A stretch of DNA of 64,000 bases from Polyangiaceae bacterium (lineage in GTDB: Bacteria; Myxococcota_A; Polyangia; Polyangiales; Polyangiaceae), in NCBI GenBank assembly GCA_044222475.1, contig JBGANF010000023.1, positions 15,373 to 79,372 on the forward strand, given 5' to 3'. Under the pieces are notes generated by a model. It did not search any database and was not told the DNA's origin. It saw only the letters and a list, made by a program, of their open reading frames with translations. A program made the position numbers and the translations under genes. Within the stretch, counting starts at the first letter, position 1, and the number at the start of each line of letters is the position of its first letter. Shown piece after piece: positions 57,369 through 64,000 of the stretch.

Positions 57369-60300
57369 CAAATCGATGCCGCGAACGCGCGCCCGAACTC
57401 GAGCGGCTGCGGTCGATCCTCCGGTTTCATCGCCGTCGCTGCGCGTAGGAGCTTCGCGACCGCGACCGGCCACTGGCGCAAGCGCTCGGGGTTCTCGAAG
57501 GGATCGCGTCGCATGTGGGCGATGATGCGATCGCGCGGGTTCTCGATGTCGTCGAAGAAGGTGCGCCCGGTGGCGACGTTGTAGATCGTGCCTGCGAGCG
57601 CATAGAGGTCCGAGCGAGGATCGAGCTCGACCGGGTCGAGCACTTGCTCGGGTGCGATGTAGCCGGGCGTGCCGGCGACGAAGCGCCCGGCGGCATCTTG
57701 GGCGACGCGGATGGCGCGGACCATGCCGAAGTCGATCACGACCGAGTTGAGCGGGGTCGCGACCGCGGGGTTGCGGTGCTTCTGGGGATCGAACTTCTCG
57801 CCGCCGGCGAGCGGCAGGCGGAGCCAAATGTTGGCCGGCTTGATGTCGCGGTGAACGAGACCCGCACCGTGGAGCGCGGCCAGACCCGCGCACGACTCGA
57901 CGACGATCTGACGGAGCTCGTAGAGCGACATCAAGTGGGCGGTGGAGTACTGCTTCAGGTCGGCGCCGATCAGGTACTCGAGGACGAGGAACGGCACGCC
58001 GCTGGAGATGCCTCGATCGATGATGTTCGCGACGTTGGGGTGGTAGAGCCCGGCGAGCGCCTTCGCCTCGTCGACGAAGGACGCGAGGATGCCCTCGCGC
58101 TCGACGTCGTTCGCCTGTTGGAGCGCCTCGGCCTTCGGGATCTTGAGGACGAAGTAGCGATCGGCGCCCGGCTTGCGCACGAGCCACACGCTGCCGATGC
58201 CGCCCTCGCCGAGCTGCTTCAGGAGCTCGTAGCCCTCGATCGTCTTGACCTCCTTCTTCTTCGGAGGAGGAGGCGGCGGCGGGGTCCGCTTGATCGCGCC
58301 GCGGATCGCGGCCTCGAGGAGGCCCGACGCGACCGGACCGAGCGACGCGAACCACACGTCGAGCATGGTGGGCTCGCGCGATCGGATGGCGCGCGCGACG
58401 AGAGCGGCGATGCGCGGCGCGTTCTCGGTGGCGGCGCGGCTCAGCGAGTCGGCGGCGCTAGCATCGGTCGCGGCGTGCAGCGCCTTGACCGGATCGGCGA
58501 GGGACCCTTGCAGCCGCTCGCCCGCGAGTACCAATTCGGTACAAAGGGCTTCGAGGTTCGGCTTGTTGCCGGCGGCGGCGGCGAACGACTCGAGCGCCTT
58601 GGCGAGGCCGGCGAGAGCCTGCGCGAGCTCGGTGTCTTGCGCATGGAGCGCGGCGAGCGCTTCGTTGACCTGCGGTCCCCATGCGCCGTCGGCGGCGCCG
58701 GTCGACGCGGCGTTTCGGAGAGCGTCCGCGCGCTCGCAGCACGTCTCGAGAGCGCCGGCGGCGATCATCGGGAGGGCATTGCCCAGCTGGAGGAGCATCG
58801 CGGGTCGGTCGATGACGAGACCCCACCACGCGGCGAACGGACCGAGCCACTGCACGTCGTCGACTTCGCCGAGGGCGGTGCCACGCGTCGTGTCGACGAG
58901 GCGCCAGAAGAGCGTCGACAACGCGCTCTTGAGCGGCGGCGGGAGCTCACGCGATCCGTCGGCGAGGCCCTGGAGCTTGCGAAGCCAAAGGCAGGTGTCG
59001 TGGGCGGTCGGCCCGCGGCCGGGTCCGAGCTCGCCATCCTCGCCGCATGCGTCGAGGGCGTAGCCGCCGAGACGAATCGCGAGGATCTCCAGCGGTAGAT
59101 CGGTGTCGAGGTCGACGTCTTCGCCGGCGCGCCGCTCCTTCACGAGATCGAGGATCTCGGACGGTGCGCTCGCGAGCATCTTCCACGTCTCTTCGAGGTC
59201 GGGAGCCTCGAGCGGCGCGCCTACGGGCCGCGTCGCGAGGAGCGGGCCCCAGAGCCGAAGCGCGAGCGCTCGGGCCGAGCCTTCGAGCGCGTTGATCGCC
59301 GCTGCGCGTTGGCGGACGCGACCGGTTCCGAGCGCGATCTTGCGGGCCTCGAGGAACGCCGGCGCGAGCGCGACCGCGAACCGCGCGGCGCGAGCGTCGG
59401 CCTCTTCGTCGTCGTATTGGGCCGCGATGCGCACGAGGTTCTCGAGCCCGAGCTCGAGGTCGAGCGGATCGCGTTCGGCGCCGTCGATCGGATCGGTGAC
59501 GGCGGTGACCTCGATCCATCGACGTGACTCGTCGAGGGTGTCGGGCTTGGCGGCGCGCGCCATCTCGCGGAGCGTGCGGAGCGGAACCGCGACGTCGGGG
59601 GTGGTGATGCCGCGACGCCACAAGGTCGCCAAGCCGCGAGCCATCGCGCGGGCCGAGATCGCGCCACCGTGCCCCGCGAGGACCCGCTTCGCGAGCCGGT
59701 CCCAGAGATCGCGACGCTCGAAGAAGAGGTACGGCGTCGCTGCGGCGATCGCACCGATGACCCATGCGTCCTCGTCGGGCGAGCTGATGATCGGGATGAG
59801 CTGGCTCGCGAGGAAGCGGAGCCGCTCCGCCGGCAGCGAAGCGAACGCGGTGAGCGCGCGCTGACGGAGGAGCTTCGATTCGCCGAGGACCCAGTCGAGC
59901 AGCGTACCTTCGAGCTGCTCCATCGGCCCGGTGAGCCGACCGAGCGCGCGCGCGGCGTGCACCCACACGAGCGGCTCGGGGTGGAGCAAGAGCGGCTGCA
60001 GTACCTGAAGGGTACGACCGACGAGCTCGGGGTCGGTCATCGGGGACATGCCGCCGACGCCGATCTCGATGCAGCGCGACGCGAGGACGCGACCGCGGAG
60101 CGCACCGTGCGCGGGCTGCGCGATCATCGCGTCGAAGGTGGCTGCCGATCCCCATAGCCACTTGCCGAGCGCGGGGACCTCGAGCGCGCTCGCGCCCGCT
60201 TCCCAGATGAGGATCTCGAGGCGAGCTCGCGCTTCGGCGTTCTCGGGGAGGGCGAGATCGGCGCCGGTGCCGACGAGCGGTGCGCACGCGAGCGCGTCGA

Positions 60301-60670
60301 CCAGGGGTCCCTCGACCACGCGGGCGCGCGCGACGTCGATGACACGGTCCTTGAACGCGGGCTCCTTCTGCGCGAGGCCGAGGAGCGGAGCGATGCGCAC
60401 GTCGCGCCGGGCGGTGCTCGCGACGCAGAACGAGAAGACGACGTGACCGCGCTGCTCCTTGAAGAGCGCGCCGAGAGCCGCGATCCCCGCGTCGGTCTGG
60501 GTGACGGGAGCGAGCTCTGCGTCGAGGCGATCCGCGGCGGCGTGGAGCTCGGCGCTCAGTCGGTTGCGATCGGTACCGCGCCAGCGATCACGCAGCGCGC
60601 GCTCGAGCTCCGCGTCGGTGTCGATCGCCGTGAGGGCAGAGAGCGCAGCCTGCACTGAGTCGGGGATCAT
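57368..60670 (-). CDS. 1100-aa helical-repeat protein with C-terminal Ser/Thr kinase domain
   Basis: C-terminal LGEGGIGSVW, VLK, HRDIKPAN, DFG, GTPGYIAPE. About 800-aa Ala/Leu-rich N-terminus with HEAT-like segments and no obvious signal peptide or TM helix. Confidence 0.9.
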   Translation of the reverse strand: MIPDSVQAALSALTAIDTDAELERALRDRWRGTDRNRLSAELHAAADRLDAELAPVTQTDAGIAALGALFKEQRGHVVFSFCVASTARRDVRIAPLLGLAQKEPAFKDRVIDVARARVVEGPLVDALACAPLVGTGADLALPENAEARARLEILIWEAGASALEVPALGKWLWGSAATFDAMIAQPAHGALRGRVLASRCIEIGVGGMSPMTDPELVGRTLQVLQPLLLHPEPLVWVHAARALGRLTGPMEQLEGTLLDWVLGESKLLRQRALTAFASLPAERLRFLASQLIPIISSPDEDAWVIGAIAAATPYLFFERRDLWDRLAKRVLAGHGGAISARAMARGLATLWRRGITTPDVAVPLRTLREMARAAKPDTLDESRRWIEVTAVTDPIDGAERDPLDLELGLENLVRIAAQYDDEEADARAARFAVALAPAFLEARKIALGTGRVRQRAAAINALEGSARALALRLWGPLLATRPVGAPLEAPDLEETWKMLASAPSEILDLVKERRAGEDVDLDTDLPLEILAIRLGGYALDACGEDGELGPGRGPTAHDTCLWLRKLQGLADGSRELPPPLKSALSTLFWRLVDTTRGTALGEVDDVQWLGPFAAWWGLVIDRPAMLLQLGNALPMIAAGALETCCERADALRNAASTGAADGAWGPQVNEALAALHAQDTELAQALAGLAKALESFAAAAGNKPNLEALCTELVLAGERLQGSLADPVKALHAATDASAADSLSRAATENAPRIAALVARAIRSREPTMLDVWFASLGPVASGLLEAAIRGAIKRTPPPPPPPKKKEVKTIEGYELLKQLGEGGIGSVWLVRKPGADRYFVLKIPKAEALQQANDVEREGILASFVDEAKALAGLYHPNVANIIDRGISSGVPFLVLEYLIGADLKQYSTAHLMSLYELRQIVVESCAGLAALHGAGLVHRDIKPANIWLRLPLAGGEKFDPQKHRNPAVATPLNSVVIDFGMVRAIRVAQDAAGRFVAGTPGYIAPEQVLDPVELDPRSDLYALAGTIYNVATGRTFFDDIENPRDRIIAHMRRDPFENPERLRQWPVAVAKLLRAATAMKPEDRPQPLEFGRAFAASI

Positions 60671-60700
60671 GGATCCCCCGATGGTATCGCAAGAAGGGGG

Positions 60701-61810
60701 TCAGGGGTGGAGGACGCAGCCTCCAATCACCTCTCCGGTCCACTTGGCCCGCATGCCCGCCTTGAAGTCGGCCAGGGGGAAGCGGTGCGACACGTACGGC
60801 ACGATCTTCCCTTCCTCGGCCCAGCGCAGCACCTGCTCGAGCCGAGGCGCGCGGATCGACGGATCCATGATCGTCGAGATGACGGTGGGGCAGCCGAGCA
60901 CGTCGAGCCCCTTCATCATGATCAGGTTCGTCGGGAGCATGTTCGCGTTCGGTGCCCCGCGCTTCCCCTGCCCTTGCGCCACCGCCGGCGTCGACGCCCA
61001 CCCGACGATGAGAAAGCGCGCGCCGAACTTCACCGCGCGGAGGCTCTCGAGCGACGTCTCGCCGCCGACGCCGTCGTAGACGACGTCGACCCCGCGACCG
61101 CCGGTGAGCGCTTTGACCTCCTCGCGGTACGAGCGAACGCCCTTCTCGGCGTCGCCCTTGGTGTTGATCACGTGATCCGCGCCCTGGGCCTTCACGACCG
61201 CGAGCTTCTCGTCGGAGCGGCCGAGCGCGATCACCGTCGCGCCGAGGAGCTTGGCCACGTGGACCGCGGCGAGGCCGGTCGAGCCCGAGGCCCCATGGAT
61301 GAGCACCGTCTCGCCGGCGCGCACGCGACCGCGCGCGACCAGGCAGTGGTACGCCGTCTCGTAGTTGCCGAGCAGGTTGCACGCCTGATCGAAATCGAGT
61401 CGTCCCGGAATGGGACGAACGGCCTCGGCTGGTGCGACGGCGTGGGTCGCGAACCCGCCGTAGGCCTGGTAAGCGCCGATCGAGCGGGGACCCGCGAGGA
61501 AACCGTCGACGAGCACCCGCGCGCCGACCGCGAGGTCTTTCACCTCGGGCCCGACCCACGCCACCGTGCCGGCGTACTCGAGGCCGGGGCAGTACGGCGG
61601 CTTCGGCATGTGCTGGTACTGGCCGCTCGTCATCAGGAGATCGACCCAACCGACCGACGCGCTCTCGATCGCGATGATCACGTCGCGCGGGCCGAGAGAC
61701 TTCGGGTCGGGAACGGGCACCTCTTCGAGGGCCATGCCCGACTCGATCGCCTCGGAGGGGCTCTCGGCGAACTTCGAGACGACGACGCGACGGCCCATGG
61801 CGGTTTCCAT
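60701..61810 (-). CDS. NADPH:quinone oxidoreductase (MDR family)
   Basis: PYCPGLEYAG, GETVLIHGASGSTGLAA, GVDVVYDGVG. Confidence 0.92.
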   Translation of the reverse strand: METAMGRRVVVSKFAESPSEAIESGMALEEVPVPDPKSLGPRDVIIAIESASVGWVDLLMTSGQYQHMPKPPYCPGLEYAGTVAWVGPEVKDLAVGARVLVDGFLAGPRSIGAYQAYGGFATHAVAPAEAVRPIPGRLDFDQACNLLGNYETAYHCLVARGRVRAGETVLIHGASGSTGLAAVHVAKLLGATVIALGRSDEKLAVVKAQGADHVINTKGDAEKGVRSYREEVKALTGGRGVDVVYDGVGGETSLESLRAVKFGARFLIVGWASTPAVAQGQGKRGAPNANMLPTNLIMMKGLDVLGCPTVISTIMDPSIRAPRLEQVLRWAEEGKIVPYVSHRFPLADFKAGMRAKWTGEVIGGCVLHP

Positions 61811-61854
61811 GGCTCGATCTGTACCGGCCCCGGCCTCGGGTGTACAAGCGGCGC

Positions 61855-62541
61855 ATGAGCAAGACGATCCTCGTGTGTGGTCATGGTCCCGGCATCTCGG
61901 ACGCGGTCGCCCGCAAGTTCGGCAAGGAAGGCTTCAAGGTCGGCCTCGTCGCGCGCAGCAAAGACAAGCTCGAGGCGGCCGCAGCAGCGCTGAAATCGAG
62001 CGGCATCGAAGCGGCCGTGTTTCCGACCGACCTCAGCGATCCGGCCGCGGTGAAGGGTCTCGTCGAGAAGGCGCGTGGCGCGCTCGGGCCGATCACCGTC
62101 ATCCACTGGAATGCGTACGGGGGCGGCGCGGGTGACCTCACCGCCGCTCCGTCGACCGAGCTCCGCGCGGTGTTCGACATCTCGGTGACGGGCCTCGTCG
62201 CCGCGGTGCAGGCCGCGCTCCCCGATCTGAAGGCGCAGAAGGGCGCGGTCCTCGTCACCGGCGGCGGTCTGTCGACGTACGATCCGAACGTCGATGGGAT
62301 GGCCGTCTCGTGGAACGCGATGGGCCTCGCGATCGGCAAGGCCGCGCAGCACAAGACGGTCGGTCTCCTCTCGGCGAAGCTCTCCGGCGACGGCGTCTAC
62401 GTCGGCGAGGTCGTCGTCATGGGCGCCGTGAAAGGCACCGCGTTCGACGCCGGCCAGGCCACGATCGAGGCTTCGACGATCGCGAACAAGTTCTGGGAGC
62501 TCTGCACGGCGCGGACTCCGGCTTCGGTCAACGTCGCCTGA
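61855..62541 (+). CDS. Short-chain dehydrogenase/reductase (atypical)
   Basis: CGHGPGIS glycine motif, ARSKDKL, VLVTGGG. The YxxxK Tyr is replaced (LAIGKAA). Confidence 0.88.
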   Translation: MSKTILVCGHGPGISDAVARKFGKEGFKVGLVARSKDKLEAAAAALKSSGIEAAVFPTDLSDPAAVKGLVEKARGALGPITVIHWNAYGGGAGDLTAAPSTELRAVFDISVTGLVAAVQAALPDLKAQKGAVLVTGGGLSTYDPNVDGMAVSWNAMGLAIGKAAQHKTVGLLSAKLSGDGVYVGEVVVMGAVKGTAFDAGQATIEASTIANKFWELCTARTPASVNVA

Positions 62542-62542
62542 C

Positions 62543-62725
62543 GTGACGGAACGCCCCACCACCCCTTCGGGTACCACGAAGCGTGGCGAGAAGAGCGAGC
62601 GGCGGCGCGCGGCCATGTGGCTCGCCGTGATCGTCCTCGCCCTGATCGGTGGGATCGCGGGCCTCTGGAAGCTGAGCAAGCTCATCGCGACCGAGCCGAA
62701 GAAACGGCCGACGGATCCTCGCTGA
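62543..62725 (+). CDS. Small single-TM membrane protein
   Basis: 60-aa ORF that fills the gap, with one hydrophobic helix flanked by basic residues. Confidence 0.55.
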   Translation: MTERPTTPSGTTKRGEKSERRRAAMWLAVIVLALIGGIAGLWKLSKLIATEPKKRPTDPR

Positions 62726-62747
62726 CGCTTGTGCTAGGAAAAGGCCC

Positions 62748-63735
62748 ATGAGCTTGCGGCGCATCGCTTCGCTTTCGCTTCTCGCGTGTGGGTCCGCCAC
62801 GATCATCCTCGCGTGCGGTTCGCGCACCGGACTCCTCGCGCCCGAGGAGGTCACCGCCGACGCCACGCCGGATCGCCGCGACGGCGGGCGCGACGCCGAC
62901 GCCGACGCCGACGCGATCGTTCGTGAAGAGGACGCACTGCCGGGGCTCGACGTGCAGAAGGACGTACCGAAGCCGCCGCCGCTGGGGTGCACCGACGCGG
63001 GACGCTCGACGTGCAGAAGGACGTACCGAAGCTCCTCGCGCCGCCGCCGCCGCTGGGTGCACCGACGCCCGCCGACGCTCAACGCCCTCGCGTTCTACCG
63101 CCGACGCTCAGCTTCGACGATCAGGGCCGATCAACTGCCCCGGGACGAACGGAACGCCTTTCTCGATGGGCGTCGAACGCTCGGGCACCGCCTATTCGGT
63201 GTTCAACGACAACAAGCTCTTTCGGGTGAGCACCGCGACCGCGTCGTGCCAATCGACGCCATTGCATTAATCAGCTCAGGTACGGCACGTTCGGCATGGG
63301 CTGCTCCGGCGACCAGCTCGGCGAGCAGCTCTACGTGTCCGACAACTCCGGCGGAAAGGGCCTCGCCTCGATCGACAGGCTTCGCTCTCCTCGTCGGACC
63401 GTTCGTCCCCAGTCTCCCTCTCCGCTGCGAGATGACGGGCACCAGCAACGACGGAGCTCTTTGCATACTGCATCAAAACCACCGGCGGCGGAGTCGTCTC
63501 CCAGATCAACCGGAAGACGGCGCAAGTGGTGGCGTCGAGCCCGGTCAACGTCGGCACGAACGACGACGCGTTCGCGTTCGCCTACTGGGGCGGTGATTTC
63601 TACATGTTCAACGCACCGCTGAGCGGACCCACCTCCGTCACGCGTTACGATCCGGTCCTCAAGACCGAGACGGTCGTCGCGAAGCACCCGTCGACGATCG
63701 TCGGCGCCGGCGTGTCGACCTGCGCGCCGAACTGA
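62748..63735 (+). pseudogene. Frameshifted CG[AS]RTGL-family lipoprotein (beta-propeller-like); pseudogene or assembly error
   Basis: Lipobox LACGSRTGL. Protein-like segments continue in different frames (GPINCPGTNGTPFSMGVERSG; GEQLYVSD; LRCEMTGT; AFAYWGGDFYMF...IVGAGVSTCAPN). Confidence 0.75.
62945..63068 (+). repeat. Imperfect tandem duplication (~55-65 bp x2)
   Basis: GCTCGACGTGCAGAAGGACGTACCGAAGC...CCGCCGCTGGG(G)TGCACCGACGC occurs at 62945 and again at 63004. Confidence 0.9.
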
Positions 63736-63744
63736 TCGACGTCG

Positions 63745-64000
63745 ATCAGTGCGGGCCTTGGGCGAGCGAGCGCCGCCTTGGTGCGCGGTGATCGCGCGGA
63801 AGCTCGGCCTGCGCCTTCTTCAGCGCGGCGAGCAGCGCCCGGTGACGATGTCGTCGGCGACGATGACGACGCCGGGCTCTTCAGCAGCGGGTGAGGTCCT
63901 TCACCTTGGTGCCTTCGAGGTGAAGGAACGCGACGTGATCGAGCGTGCCCACCTTCGCGGTGATGCCGCACCAGTCGATCGAGACGCGTTGGTGAACGCG
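63745..64000 (-). other. Partial 3' end of a gene entering from beyond the window; LRR-like and frameshifted
   Basis: The minus strand reads ...LDHVAFLHLEGTKVKDLT then LLKSPA after a frame change, which is leucine-rich-repeat-like. Confidence 0.35.

Noticed and set aside
1..64000. tRNA, rRNA, transposase, integrase, prophage, cas or reverse-transcriptase genes
   Set aside because: No recognisable motifs were found. The many long Arg/Ala-rich alternative-frame ORFs are explained by high GC content.

Overview
This is a high-GC, gene-dense chromosomal window. Its content points to a myxobacterium, probably Polyangiales-like: several Hanks-type Ser/Thr kinases, a MYXO-CTERM protein, myxobacterial Cys-rich repeats, many lipoproteins with DAG/DGG linkers, and a split F0 operon. 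About 56 CDS are supported. They include rph, rdgB, atpZ/atpI/atpB/atpE, two histidine kinases, three Ser/Thr kinases, UbiB, an L,D-transpeptidase, ABC-F, a GH75 chitosanase, a GcvT-family oxidoreductase, a GMC oxidoreductase and many envelope lipoproteins. I saw no tRNA, rRNA, CRISPR array or mobile element. The main observations are: (1) two copies of a translationally coupled cassette pairing a membrane Ser/Thr kinase with a TPR-PEGA protein ending in PNGA...GRF, which looks like a trans-envelope signalling module with cognate kinase tails; (2) a candidate structured RNA at about 17753-17925 (- strand) with alternative pairings and a hairpin that hides the RBS; (3) a recurring leaderless-promoter signature (TANNNT 6-9 nt before the start codon), plus two sigma54 promoters each 14 nt from an ATG; (4) a 1100-aa helical protein with a C-terminal kinase; (5) an RHH-FHA fusion; (6) a TetR locus with two perfect palindromic operators. 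The last ~1 kb has a tandem duplication and frameshifts, probably from assembly or sequencing error. All product calls come from motif recognition by eye; no searches were run.
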